From positions 7,400-71,399 of the forward strand of contig JAUCBJ010007962.1 in the NCBI GenBank assembly GCA_032718475.1: a DNA stretch of 64,000 nt. The letters run 5' to 3'. This stretch comes from Nemertoderma westbladi. Lineage: Eukaryota > Animalia > Xenacoelomorpha. The notes under the pieces were generated by a model. It saw nothing but the letters and a program-made list of their open reading frames with translations, was not told the origin of the DNA and ran no database searches. The translations under genes were made by a program, and so were the position numbers. Every line of letters starts with the position of its first letter. Within the stretch, counting starts at the first letter, position 1. Positions 24,577-38,029 of the stretch are shown here, piece by piece.

Positions 24577-25959
24577 GTCCCGATTTTGATTACTTAAATA
24601 TTCTCACATTCACACATTCCGTTAGGGAATCCCAGTCTTTGCGATTAGATGCGATTAGATCAGATTAGATTAGAAAAGACATAATTGTTCACGTGTTTAG
24701 CAGTAAATTAGGCCATAGGAATACACTCAGAGTGCAAGTCTCTCGCACTCGTTTTAAGTAGCTTAGGGAACCGATTTCGGGTTTATTGTTTTGGTTATTC
24801 CCGCTTGGCTCATATATTCGAACAGTTAGCTCTCTATCGAGTAATTGGTAGAGAAAGGAACAAGAAATTAGCAGGAGCTGTATAAAATTAGTAAATATAT
24901 CAGCGGACGGCAGATTAGCGCCATCCAACGGTAAGTAGCAGCGGTTTTGGATTTAGCAACCCTACATTACAAATAATACGCTCCTGATTGCCCTGCTTAA
25001 TAAATAGAGCAATTTGTGTCTTTATTGGTTGGGTCGGGGTAGTTTGTTTAACACCAACCATTTCTAGTATTGATTCATACAGCATGTCTAATGTCCTAAG
25101 TCTAGAGAATGTAATGTAATGTAAGGTAAGTACAGTAGGCAGATGATACGGAAGCCCATAGTATCAAACAGTAGTGGAATAATCAACTACTGTATCATAT
25201 TTTCTGTCACAAAGTTCTCAATATATTACACAAAACTCACAACCAGTAGATTTTTGCGATATTTATGCGCCATGACGCTTGAAAGTCGCAAGTGAATCGC
25301 ATGTGAGTTTTATGCGACTGAACGCAAGTTGTTGCGATATCTATGCGACTTAACGCAAGTAGGTCGCTTGCGTAAAGGTCGGGCCATAACTCTTGGGAAT
25401 CACATAAGATACGCCTGCGTTGCACGCTTGCGATACGCTTGCGCACTTTCACTGGGTAGTATCCCCTCGTCTTCTCTTCCGGATGCCTCTCGGTGAAATC
25501 CACCAGTATCTCCTTTCCTCCTAACTCCGCCTTTCTCTTTCGGACAAGTTTCTCTGCCATTTCGAACTCTCCACAATCGCTCACCCGTTAGGTGGTGCCT
25601 TGCCACGGCGCGGTATGGATGAGTGATAAAGTAAAGATGGTTTATTCAGTTCGAAAATGGCCTATCTCTCGCAGAATTTCTGAGTTATTACCTAATTTTG
25701 CCACCTAATTCCTAAAACTGTCAAATTGTACCCTAAATTGAATAAATTAAAAATACGCTATTTTATTTTTAATTTAATCCTACTACTGTGCTACTACTTC
25801 TGCCAATGGATTATTCTACCTTATAATCCACATTCTGGCCTACTCTGTGGGCTTGTGCAGTACAACAGTATGCGTCGCGTGGCCTACACGATTTATCCAG
25901 CTGTACTCACGTGCCCCCCTCTCTCTACTCACTACTAACTAATATTTATATTATACATA

Positions 25960-26600
25960 CCCTTCTACCACTAACTCTTACTAACCAGTACTACGTACCC
26001 TTTCACTAACTTCTAACTAACTCTTACTAATCGGTACTACGTACCCTCTTACTAACCTCTAACTCCCACTAACTCCTACTAACCGGTACTACGTACCCTC
26101 TTACTAACCTCTAACTCCCACTAACTCCTACTAACCGGTACTACGTACCCTCTTACTAACCTCTAACTTCCACTAACTCCTACTAACCGGTACTACGTAC
26201 CCTCTTACTAACTTCTAACTCTCCCTACTAACGGTACTACGTACCCTCTTACTAACTTCTAACTCTCCCAACTGACGGTACTACGTAACCTCTTACTAAT
26301 TTCTAACTCTCCCAACTAACGGTACTACGCACCCTCTTACTAACTTCTAACTCTCCCAACTAACGGTACTACGTACCCTCTTACTAACTTCTAACTCTCC
26401 CAACTAACGGTACTACGTACCCTCTTACTAACTTCTAACTTAACTAACTAATGGTACTACGTACCCTCTTACTACTTAACTAACTAACTTCTAACTCTCC
26501 CAACTCACGGTACTATGTACCCTCTTATTAACTTCTAACGTAACTAACTAATGGTACTACGTACCCTCTTACAACTTAACTAACTAACTTCTATCTGCCT
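25960..26600. repeat. 44/52-bp minisatellite (GGTACTACGTACCCTCTTACTAAC...), copy 1
   Basis: About 12 units visible. Confidence 0.92.
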
Positions 26601-27934
26601 ACTTACTGCGTACCTATTATGTACTATTATTTTTTTTATTTTTATTTTTATGTGTGGGAAGGGCGTCTCGCCCTCAATCCCACCCCCCTCAGTCCAAAAC
26701 TTGGGCGACTAAACTCTACTCGACTAAGGTGCTCCCTCTAACAGGCAGCACTTCCCCACAGCCCTCCTGTAGGTCTTCCTATCTTTCGCCCCTATCTTGC
26801 CACCTATCCGCACTTCTACCGATCGGACTCTTCCGTCCTCATCGAGTAATTGGTAGAGAAAGGAACAAGAAATTAGCAGGAGCTGTATAAAATTAGTAAA
26901 TATATCAGCGGACGGCAGATTAGCGCCATCCAACGGTAAGTAGCAGCGGTTTTGGATTTAGCAACCCTACATTACAAATAATACGCTCCTGATTGCCCTG
27001 CTTAATAAATAGAGCAATTTGTGTCTTTATTGGTTGGGTCGGGGTAGTTTGTTTAACACCAACCATTTCTAGTATTGATTCATACAGCATGTCTAATGTC
27101 CTAAGTCTAGAGAATGTAATGTAATGTAAGGTAAGTACAGTAGGCAGATGATACGGAAGCCCATAGTATCAAACAGTAGTGGAATAATCAACTACTGTAT
27201 CATATTTTCTGTCACAAAGTTCTCAATATATTACACAAAACTCACAACCAGTAGATTTTTGCGATATTTATGTGCCATGACGCTTGAAAGTCGCAAGTGA
27301 ATCGCATGTGAGTTTTATGCGACTTAACGCAAGTAGGTCGCTTGCGTAAAGGTCGGGCCATAACTCTTGGGAATCACATAAGATACGCCTGCGTTGCACG
27401 CTTGCGATACGCTTGCGCACTTTCACTGGGTAGTATCCCCTCGTCTTCTCTTCCGGATGCCTCTCGGTGAAATCCACCAGTATCTCCTTTCCTCCTAACT
27501 CCGCCTTTCTCTTTCGGACAAGTTTCTCTGCCATTTCGAACTCTCCACAATCGCTCACCCGTTAGGTGGTGCCTTGCCAAGGCGCGGTATGGATGAGTGA
27601 TAAAGTAAAGATGGTTTATTCAGTTCGAAAATGGCCTATCTCTCGCAGAATTTCTGAGTTATTACCTAATTTTGCCACCTAATTCCTAAAACTGTCAAAT
27701 TGTACCCTAAATTGAATAAATTAAAAATACGCTATTTTATTTTTAATTTAATCCTACTACTGTGCTACTACTTCTGCCAATGGATTATTCTACCTTATAA
27801 TCCACATTCTGGCCTACTCTGTGGGCTTGTGCAGTACAACAGTATGCGTCGCGTGGCCTACACGATTTATCCAGCTGTACTCACGTGCCCCCCTCTCTCT
27901 ACTCACTACTAACTAATATTTATATTATACATAC

Positions 27935-28515
27935 CCTTCTACCACTAACTCTTACTAACCAGTACTACGTACCCTTTCACTAACTTCTAACTAACTCTTA
28001 CTAATCGGTACTACGTACCCTCTTACTAACCTCTAACTCCCACTAACTCCTACTAACCGGTACTACGTACCCTCTTACTAACCTCTAACTCCCACTAACT
28101 CCTACTAACCGGTACTACGTACCCTCTTACTAACCTCTAACTTCCACTAACTCCTACTAACCGGTACTACGTACCCTCTTACTAACTTCTAACTCTCCCT
28201 ACTAACGGTACTATGTACCCTCTTACTAACTTCTAACTCTCCCAACTGACGGTACTACGTAACCTCTTACTAATTTCTAACTCTCCCAACTAACAGTACT
28301 ACGCACCCTCTTACTAACTTCTAACTCTCCCAACTAATGGTACTACGTACCCTCTTACTAACTTCTAACTCTCTCAACTAACGGTACTACGTACCCTCTT
28401 ACTAACTTCTAACTCTCCCAACTAACGGTACTACGTACCCTCTTACTAACTTCTATCTTAACTAACTAATGGTACTACATACCCTCTTACTACTTAACTA
28501 ACTAACTTCTATCTG
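27935..28515. repeat. 44/52-bp minisatellite, copy 2
   Basis: About 11 units visible. Confidence 0.92.
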
Positions 28516-28641
28516 CCTACTTACTGCGTACCTATTATGTACTATTATTTTTTTTATTTTTATTTTTATGTGTGGGAAGGGCGTCTCGCCCTCAATCCCA
28601 CCCCCCTCAGTCCAAAACTTGGGCGACTAAACTCTACTCGA

Positions 28642-31600
28642 CTAAGGTGCTCCCTCTAACAGGCAGCACTTCCCTACAGCCCTCCTGTAGGTCTTCCTAT
28701 CTTTCGCCCCTATCTTGCCACCTATCCGCACTTCTACCGATCGGACTCTTCCGTCCTCATCGGAGTAAGTGCCCACAACTCTCGCCAACCGCCACTGGTT
28801 GTTGATGATGGTATCGTCCGTGACGATCACCAGATCACCCTCATTTAACTCCCTGTTTGTATTTCTCCACTTGCTTCTCCTATGAAGCGTGGGTAGATAT
28901 TCCTCGACCCACCTCCTCCAGTACTCCGCGCTTATCACCTTAGCGACTTTCCAACTCTGGCGGAGTGTATATTGTCTGGGTCTACACCCCGCATGTCGAT
29001 GGTCGCTGGCCTTTCCATTAGAAAGTGACTGGGCGTCAGCACATCTAACGACTCAGGGTCATTATTTTCTGGATATAGCGGTCTGCTATCAATGATACCC
29101 TCACACTTTGCTAGTACCGTCCTTAGTACGTCCTCTGTTACCATGTGGTTGTTCATCAACTTCGTCATCAGACGCTTGGAACTACCCATGAGTCTCTCGA
29201 TGCATCCTAGAGTATGCGGAGCATATGGCGTCCTCCTCTCCCACTTTACCTGTCGCCTTCTCATGGCTGCCCTGACTTCCTCCCCTTCCAGGATATCCAA
29301 GGCCTCTGCCATCTCTTCTCCGCCCCCACAAAGTTGGTCCCGTTGTCAGAACATATTACTGCGATCGTCCCACCTTTGCGGTCTCTGAACCTTTCTAGAG
29401 CATTAATGAATGCTGATACAGTTGCATCTTGGGCGAGTTCTATCCCTACCGCCCACGTATTGTTACACACGAAGATAATACCGTAGCGTTTCTCCGTGTG
29501 TCGCATCACCTTAATCTTTATTGGCCCAAACATATCCACACCGCAATGCGTAAATGGCGGGTCATGTTGTCTCACCCTACTGGCCGGCAGTGGCGCCATC
29601 TCCTGTATAGCTCGCTCCTTCTTCGTTCGTCGGCAGGTCTGGCACTGCCCCACTACCGCCTTTACCTTCTGCCTCAACTGTTTGACCCAAAAGGTCCTCC
29701 GTATCTCCGTGAGGGTCCAGTTGGTGCCCCCGTGCAATATCGACTTGTGGGAGTCCCATATAATCTGGTGGACTATCAGCGATCCATTAGGGATGATGAT
29801 GGGCTTTGGTGGGATGACACACCCTAGAGTTCATTACTAACATCCCGTCATCATTGAGTTGTGGTGACAGCGCAATCAGCTCACTGTCCCGTCAGAGATG
29901 CTGTTGTTTACTGACGCATTCCACCTCGTTGCCGTAGTTCTTTCTCTGCTCGCAGCGGATGATTGCCTTGGCCGCTCCCTCCAGATCGATGGTTGTTCGA
30001 ATTTTTATGTCTTTGCCGACTCCCTTGAGGAAATCCCCGAAGGCTCTCCAGTACGCCACTAACTTCTTGGTCTTGTACCAACTGGAGCTGTAGCTAAGGA
30101 GTTTGTCCATTGGGTTATCGCACAGTTTTTCCGATTTTGGTTGCACGTCCCTTATCTCCCTCACCATTTGTCTATATATCTCTTCACTCTCTGAATCACC
30201 TTCCTCTTCCTCTAATGCTACCTCTCCTGAGCCCGGGTCCACCTTTCTCATCGGCGGCCAGGCTGTCTTATCGCTCAGAAATTGCAGCCCATGCTGCCAT
30301 AATACTTCCTTCTTCAGGAAAGTGTGGCATGCCACGCCCCTCAATAACAAGTCCGCTGGGTTCTCGTCCATTGGGCAGTAGTGCCACCTTTCTAACTCTG
30401 TGGTCGCCCTTTTTTCGTCCATCCTGTTTGCGATGAATATAGGGTACCTTGTCCTTTCGTTATGTAGCCAACCAAGCACTACCATGGAATCCGTCCAGTA
30501 GTGTGTCTCCACTATGTTGGGAATAACGTCCATCAAGTAGGCTGTGGCCCTTACTCCTAACCTCGCTGCTGTTAACTCGAGTTTCGGAACCAATGCTGAA
30601 TTTGGTGGCGTCGACTTTGCCTTGCTGAATGCGAGTTTGGGCTTGTGAGCCCCCTCTCGTTGTACTAAGTAGAGTGCCGCTCCGTATGCCTCTAACGATG
30701 CATCGGAGAACATTTTTTATGTAGATCCAGATTCGTCATGTCCCCATCTGGGAAATACACTCGTGGCATGCTGTATGTTCCCATCTGCTCTAAACTCTCT
30801 GTCCACTTGTGCCACTGCTTGCTGATCTCTTCCGGGACCTCCGTGTCCCAATCCTCCTTCAATTTGTATACTCTCTTGAGTATCTGTTTCCCCGTGACTA
30901 GTAATGGGGATGCTAGGCCTAGGGATCATATATCCTTGCTATGTACGACACATAGCCCCTCTTTGTGTGGATGTCTGCGCCCTCCTGGCTCAACTGATAC
31001 TTCAGTTCATCTGTCTCTCAGTTCCACACGATTTCCAGTGCCTTCTGTTGAGACTCTATCCTCTTGTTCGCCATGTCCTGTCCATTGGCTGTCGTGGGGT
31101 TATCCATGGTCGATTCTGGCCTCCTATCCTCTATGGCCTTAATAAATTCCTCCGAACTGGATTGGAACTTGGTCAGGTTAAAGCCGGATCCTTTAAGGAT
31201 GTCGCGAACCTCGCGCCCTGTATCCAGTAGTTCCTTAACCGTGTTTCCAGACTCCATTCCGTCGTCTACATAGAAGCCGCGTCGAATCATATCGACGGCT
31301 TTGGCGCTGTACTTATCCTCCTTCCCCTCTACTGTGTCTCTTACGGCCCCAGTTGTCGTAAACAAAGACGACTTGGCTCCCATATTCTGTACTACCATCT
31401 TGTACATCAGTATTGTCGACGGTTCCTCGTCGCCGTTGTACCATATGAAGCGTTGGCTGTCGCTATCCCCTTCCGTTACACGGACTTGGTTGAACATGCC
31501 TTCTATGTCGCAGGTGAAGGCGTGTTTCCCATTCCTGAATCTGAGTAGGACCTCGATCCCTGAGTTGTAGATATTGGGACCCTCCAGCAGATAATCGTTT

Positions 31601-32651
31601 AGGCATTTGCCGTTGGTTTTAGCCGATGCGTCAACTACCATCCGCAGTTTACTTTTCTTCGGGTCTAGAGCCACGTGGAGTGGCAGGTAATAAGTCCTGT
31701 CCGTGTTTGGTTTGTCGACCGGTAGTTCTACGGCCCATCCTTTCTCGACGTACTTCTTAATTGTCTTGTCAATGTACTCATTCTTTTCAGGGCTCTGTTT
31801 TAGCATCTGCTTCAACTTACGAAGCCTCGTGAGTACCATTCCTCTATTGTTGGGTAGCAGTAGCTTCGGTAGCTTCCATACCATCCCTATGGTATACCGC
31901 CCCTCGTCGCATCTCATCGACTCCTTTACGCTCTGTAGAGCCTGTTTGTCTTCTCCGATGTTCCGACCCCAGTCTCCTTTAATCCCTCAAAATCCTGCCT
32001 GAGCAGTCTCCTGAGCTGCTCCTCCGCTCCCTCATCCTCAATCTCTCGCATAGTTCCCGCGAACATGCAGCCTGATGTCTCTGACATCCTAAATGGTATT
32101 TTACTCTTAATTGGGCCGCTCAGCGTCCACCCGAATGGTGTTAAAATCGCCACCGGGTCACACTGCCTGTCTTTGCCGAAGACCGTTTGCATTCTCTCGT
32201 GGGCCATCGGGCAGTCCATTCCTACTATAATGGATACCTTCCTAACGTCTACCTCTGGGATTGAGAAGTCGATACTGTCCAGGAATTTATATTGTTCGAC
32301 CTCGATGTTGGTTGGTTGCCTGGCATTGATATTTATCAACTCTATCACCTGGATGGGGTCGATGGTCGCCCCATAGTCGCATCCCAGTACTACCGCTGCT
32401 ATCGCGCACTGTCCGGTCCTCATCTCCAGGACCTTATCTTTGCTGGAGATGGTTGTTACTGCCATTCTACTTGGCCTCGTTCTCAACCCTATCTCTTCGG
32501 CCACCCAATTCTCAACTAAGGTGAAGGCTGCTCCAATGTCGACCAGCATCAATGTAGTCACTGATCGATTGCCTTCCCCAATCACTCGCACTGGTACTAC
32601 CCCAAGTAGTACCGTTCCTCTCTTCTTTGCTCCCCCTGTGCTCGTTGCCAT
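28642..32651 (-). pseudogene. pol: Element 3 pol (protease, RT, RNase H, integrase, DUF5641-like end), frameshifted
   Basis: MLVDIGA; YYLPLH, LRMVVDASAK, CDIEGMFNQV, FYVDDG; FSDAS, YWTDS, NPAD; MHGG..CQTC, GVDMFGP, SDNGTNFVGA; WRRWVEEYLPTL. Confidence 0.94.
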
Positions 32652-35600
32652 TGTCTGACCTTTACTTTGACCGAACTTAATTGGTGTTTCCTTGCATTGG
32701 TTAGCGAACAGATTTCATTTCTTCTCGCGTATTCTACCTGATCTTCCCTGGGTAGCGCTTGCCAGTACCTGCAGTTCATGGTCTGATGAAGTGCATTTGT
32801 ATGTAATTGGCATTTGCTCTTTGGGTTGTAGCCGTCCTTATACAGTTCGCTGCGTATCGCACCTACGTTTGTACCAAAGTCCCTACCATTCTTATTGTTT
32901 GGGTTCGGCCTACTGGGCGTGCTGGGGTTATGTTTATTTGTGTTGTTATTTTTCCCCTGTCCGTTCCATGATGTGGTCTTACCCCCGGCTACCTGTGGAC
33001 TAGTAGTCCCCTGCGTTGCCGTGTACGGCAGTGACTGTCTGAGCTTTGGCAATGCGTTTGACGCGTTGTGTTCTGGTTTCGGTCTCCAGGTGCCCGTATT
33101 CCCTGTCTAGTGCCCACCATGCTGTTGTGAAGCCGCCCTCGATGCCCTGGTATTGCCTCACGATATCATATGCTGGGCCTCCTGTATATACTTGCAGATA
33201 TTTTAGGCACTCCGCCTGCATCAAGTTCTTTGTTAGTATTTCATTACTATACATGCGCCAAAACTGCAGGTATTCTTCCGGCCTACTTCCATCAAATTTA
33301 AATGGTTCCACGGGTGGTAACTCGATCCTGGTTTTTAATGCATCGATCAATGTGGCCATTCCCATTGCTTGTGCTTCCAATGGGTTCGATGGATGTTGTA
33401 TAGGTTCTCCCGTCGGGTGCGGTCCATTCATCCTGTCTGCCGCTTTCCTTTGACTTGGATATATCATTGGGGGTAGCGGCCCCCTCCATATTTCGGTGTC
33501 ACACGATCTGTTCTCGTCCAAGGGGTTCGATGTTCTTACTCCTATTGGGGTATATTGTTGATATTGTGATGGGGGAATGTCACCCAGTCCCCCCCCCCCC
33601 CCCCACCGGTATGTTTGGTACTGGGGTTGATGTTAATATATTGGGGCCCATGTACCTATCCGCAATAATTCTCCCCTCCCCTGGATATATGTTATGTCCT
33701 TGCATGCTGTAGTCATACTGCTGTGCTGGTACCGGTATAGGCCTATCCACTTCTGGCCTACCTGCCGGTATGTACTCCGTGACTTCCAGGTTTAATCCCG
33801 TTGTCCGCGCTATCCTATCGCCTACATTATCTCTCCCAGTATGGCCTATGGTATGTGCAGTAAGGCCTACAGTATGTCCTGCAGTCTGTATGTGTTGCTC
33901 GGGATCGAAGTTTAATCTTCTCGAATAATCCTCCAAGCAGCTACCGTATTCTCGATCGGTAGGTAGATCCCGCCGGAAAGTTTCTCTTCGACCCCCTCTA
34001 TTGTTCTCGTCCTCGTACCGGTACATCGCGTACCCCTCTCTCGACGCGTAGTGCGCCTTGTCAGGTCGCGTTTCTCTGGGACGACGGCAATCTCCCGAAG
34101 TTCGACCCCACTGACTCTCTGTTTCCATCTCTACTACCGACGGCTCGCTATCCGTCCTCGCTCTCCGTCGCCCGCGACAACACTTTTTCTATTTTCTTCT
34201 CTTCTTCTCTCTCCAGTGCTGTATTCCCGCTCGTGAGATCTCTTGTCGACCTCCCGGTTAAACTCCACTGTTCTTCTTCCCTCTTCTGATCTGATTGTAA
34301 ATTCGAATTTAGATTTAAATTATTTGAATTATTTTGCATAATTATATTATTTGAGTTATTTTGTATGTTCAGGTTTAGACTATTATTTAAATTATTTCCT
34401 ACGTTTATATTAGAATCGTTCGGATTTAAATTACTACTGTCGGGCAAAATACTATTTCCTGCAATGAAAGTTTGGTTAGAGTTATCCACTACGGTACCAT
34501 TAATATTAACGTCCTCTACTGTATTATTATTATTACCCCCCTGCCCGTACGGTCACACCAGTCTCGGGTCTGTCGTGCGGTCCCTGTAAATGGGGTATTA
34601 ATAAATGTTTCCACAACCCTTGGCTCCTCGTAAATACTCGAGCCAGCCTCGCTCTCTGACAATCCCATCTGTGCCAGTTCCAGTCTGCGCTTCTGTTTGG
34701 CTTGATATTGCATAAGCCCCTTCAACCGGGCGTGCATATTATCCCGCACACGCTTCCCCGTTATCTCTCTCTCCAAGTCCTCCCGCGTACTCTGATCGAC
34801 TAACTCGGCCTCTCTCGCAATTCTCTCAAGTCGTCTCACCTCACATTCTCTTCGCTCATTCTCCGCCCTCACCTCGTGCTCCTTACGTTCACTCTCCGCC
34901 TCTTTCCTTTCCCTCATTCCCAATTCTTCACACTCCTTAAACTCTCTCGCGATCCTCTCAGCCCTCTCTCTGTTCTCTCTAACCAGTTCTTTCTCCTTCT
35001 CTAGTAACGCACTCCCTTCCTCTAACTGTCTCTCTAATTCTCTCTGGTCTAGCGCCGCCAGATCGAGTTGGCACACCAGATCTCTTTCTAGCACCCGTCT
35101 TTCTTTTGCGGAGGATGTAGCAGACTTATCAGTTACGACGGACTCCCTCCGCCTTCCCGTCCTACTAACTTTCCCCCGCCTCCCGGAACTTTCTCCGACC
35201 GACGAGACCGAATCCTCGGGGTTAACCTCGGATTCGCCCTCCTGCGGTCTCCTCCAACCCACTAATTTTATTCCCCGGGCATCGACTAAGTATGGCCCTA
35301 TGTACACTACACCAGGCTCCATACCCCATACATTCCCATAGTTCAAACAGTTCGCTGGCAACCCCTCTCGCTCTCTCATCGGCTAGTTCTCCCTGCCCAA
35401 AATGCACTAAGTAAGCAAAGTGTTTATTCGACTCATCTAGCCGCTTCTCTAACTTCACCTGGTCTATCTTGGCCCCTCCTTTGGCTTCTCTTAATTGCTT
35501 CCGGGTCGCGTTGTAGGCCCGTCGGAGCCAGTCGCTAACCCCGACGTCCTCGTTGCCGATGTCTCCTCTATCCCTCCGTGTCCGGCGCCATACCGGCAGC

Positions 35601-35872
35601 CCCACCGTCGCCGTTCCGGTGGGCCGTCCATCGCCCTCGGCCTGTGGCTGGCCGGCGACATCGGCACGTCGACCGCCGTCGTGTGTCGACTCATCTCTCT
35701 CCCCTCTCGACTCGTTCGCTCGTTGTAGACGGCCCTCCTCCTATTGGATTGCCGAATCGCCTATGGTCGACAGATTCGGCGTCGTGGGTCGGTACCGTCG
35801 CGTCGCGGCCTTGCGGATCGTTAGATCGCCACCCGGGGTCCGAAGCGGTGACGTTTCTCCTTCTCGACTCAT
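32652..35872 (-). pseudogene. gag: Element 3 gag, disrupted (coiled-coil, Asn-rich segment, DUF1759-like domain)
   Basis: KFDGSRPEEYLQFW; N-terminus homologous to 61669-62610; ATG at 35872. Confidence 0.85.
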
Positions 35873-35955
35873 CTTTAGTCTCTATTTCTGGTCGGTGGCA
35901 GTCAGTTAGAGTTTGGGTATTTTATCGCTTAGGGCAACTACTCGGATCTTAACAC

Positions 35956-36512
35956 TGTGACGGGATCCACCGAGGATCCCGGTTTATCCGGCTATCTTGA
36001 CTACGCGTCCCCGCCGTGTGTATGTGAAAGAAGTTCTGATTGAGCGTCTTATTGTCCTTGGTATGTATAATGATGGTAATAAAGTATAAGCACAGATTGA
36101 ATGAGTACCGGTAAGATAGTGACTAACTGAATGATGATGGTGGCAGTGGTCGAGGACGGTGTTAAGAGTTCCCGTTCTGCCCTAACTAACTGACTAACTA
36201 AAGTGAATGAAATGACACAGCAACTGGTAATATATTGCACTGGTTGGCCGTATTACATTACTCAGCGGATGCCTGCCCCCCATTGGCTAATAACTCACTT
36301 CTCGCCTCCCATCTCTCTGTGAGTGTTTTCTCCCCCACTACTGTTATTCTCTCTTGGAGGTATAACCCCTGACCCCCATTGTGTGTGTCCTTTGGGGTTT
36401 CTCATCCCCATTTATTGGGGTGATACGAGGTTGATTGGCAATCAACCTCGTGTTCCCAATATTGCTTAAAGCTAACTTTGTGGGGTGATTAGTGGAATTG
36501 AATTCGCTAACA
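35956..36512 (-). repeat. 5' LTR of element 3 (557 bp, TGTTAGCG...CCCGTCACA)
   Basis: Both ends homologous to LTR 60983-61604 (TGTAAGCG...CCCGTCACA). Confidence 0.85.
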
Positions 36513-37700
36513 TGGAGTAGGCCTATTGCATGTACTGGCAGACTGGAATACCGCATGCCGGAGTTGGTCATAGGTAGCAGTTAGCCTAGCAGCCTAGGCA
36601 ACTATTGAACTAGGTCAGTCTAATGATAATTCGACCAATCGGTGTGGCAAGGGTCGGAAATTTTTGATGAAATTTTAACCACTTATCAATTCTAGTGAAA
36701 AAACGATGTGGTGAAAATTTCAGCCGATTTGATTTTGCCGTTCTCGAAATATTGATGTTTTAAATTTGGCGAAATTCCAAAAACCAGTGAAGTACATTAT
36801 TTGAAGTGGTGTCTGTAGTTGATCTGATTATCAGTTTAATGTTAATTGTATGTGATTCTAAATAAACGATACCTGAACTTCAATATTTGTATTACTAAAT
36901 GAATAAACTATTAATCAGAAAGTTGTCAGACGATTTCAAAGTTGCCTCAAAAATGCGAATTTTTTAAAAATGTCCACATTTGAGACCTCAGTACATTAGT
37001 CTGACAACTAGTTTATCTGTTATTTTAGTTTTCCCGGTTAGAGTAACTCATAATGATTCGAATCATATAACTTTAGTAGGTAAACTGATAATCAGATAGT
37101 CTGTATGACTGAATATCTGGGTGAAGAATCTGAAAACTGTCAAAAAATGCAATATTGGAGGCTCTTCTGATATATCATACTTCTGATATCAATATTACCT
37201 CCTCTGACGTGGGCATGTTCAGGCAATAGGGCATGCTTCCAAATGGGCGTGGGCGAAGATAGTGTGGTCACCTTTATGCGCCATGGACATCCCTTCCCCT
37301 TGCATTGCTGAGGCCTAAAGGTTTAGGCAGCCATTCCCCGAAGCGTTTGGCTGTTTAAGGTAGATACACTAAAAGCTACATGTTCTGAGTTTGCAGTATA
37401 TTTTAACGTAAATGACCAAAGATTTATCGAATTAGACTAAACTTTCACAAATTAACTAATGACAAAGTTATAAAGACACAAGACAAGACAAGTCCAGTGA
37501 TAAGAGTGTTGAGTGATAACCAAAGAGCAAACGGCGCCTTATATAGGAAATCCTAAGCGTGGAATCCACTAGAACATTCTACCACATTCTATGAGCGCAC
37601 ATTGGACCAATAAATTATCAAACGTCCTACGATTGGCCCAACTAATCTGTCCATGTGTTGTACGCACTCCATTGGCTTATCTAATTTAATACAAATTTTA

Positions 37701-37770
37701 CTGACCCAGATTCGAACTCTTGACCTACCTAGGATGTGACCTGCGCCTTAACCTACTGGGCTACTGCACC
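37701..37770 (-). mobile_element. tRNA-derived segment (SINE head or tRNA-like part of a repeat)
   Basis: Minus strand has A box TAGCCCAGTAGG and B box GTTCGAATC; no complete cloverleaf seen. Confidence 0.55.
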
Positions 37771-38029
37771 AAGAGAAACCTATGCCAAATTATAACTAGA
37801 GTAGGTGAAATGCAAAATATAACAAACTATAAATCAAGGCAATTGCATTGGAATTTTGAAAGTTTTTACGTAGTACTAATTACAAATATCTACCTAATAG
37901 TGAAATAATCCCACAATAATGGTGGACAAAATAATTTAAATTATAATATAAATAATCACGGTGATGCTAGTGGCGGTATATTAATATAAACATTAGCGAA
38001 GCAAACAATTCGCCTAGCGGATGCCTACA

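Larger units (their letters stand above)
24838..28762. repeat. ~2-kb tandem duplication of the integrase end plus 3' region of element 3
   Basis: 24838-26843 repeated as 26844-28762; junction at ATCG(G)AGTAA microhomology; paired identical ORFs in the track. Confidence 0.92.
24620..36512 (-). mobile_element. BEL/Pao 'element 3' (5' LTR, gag-pol, long 3' region); 3' LTR not in window, left boundary approximate
   Basis: Minus-strand gag/PR/RT/RH/IN fragments; LTR homologous to 60983-61604. Confidence 0.88.

Noticed and set aside
25960-26600. CRISPR-like array with a palindromic repeat
   Set aside because: Intervening sequences are near-identical rather than unique spacers, there are no cas genes and the context is a eukaryotic LTR element
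37701-37770. Functional tRNA gene
   Set aside because: A and B boxes are present but there is no proper acceptor stem or anticodon arm
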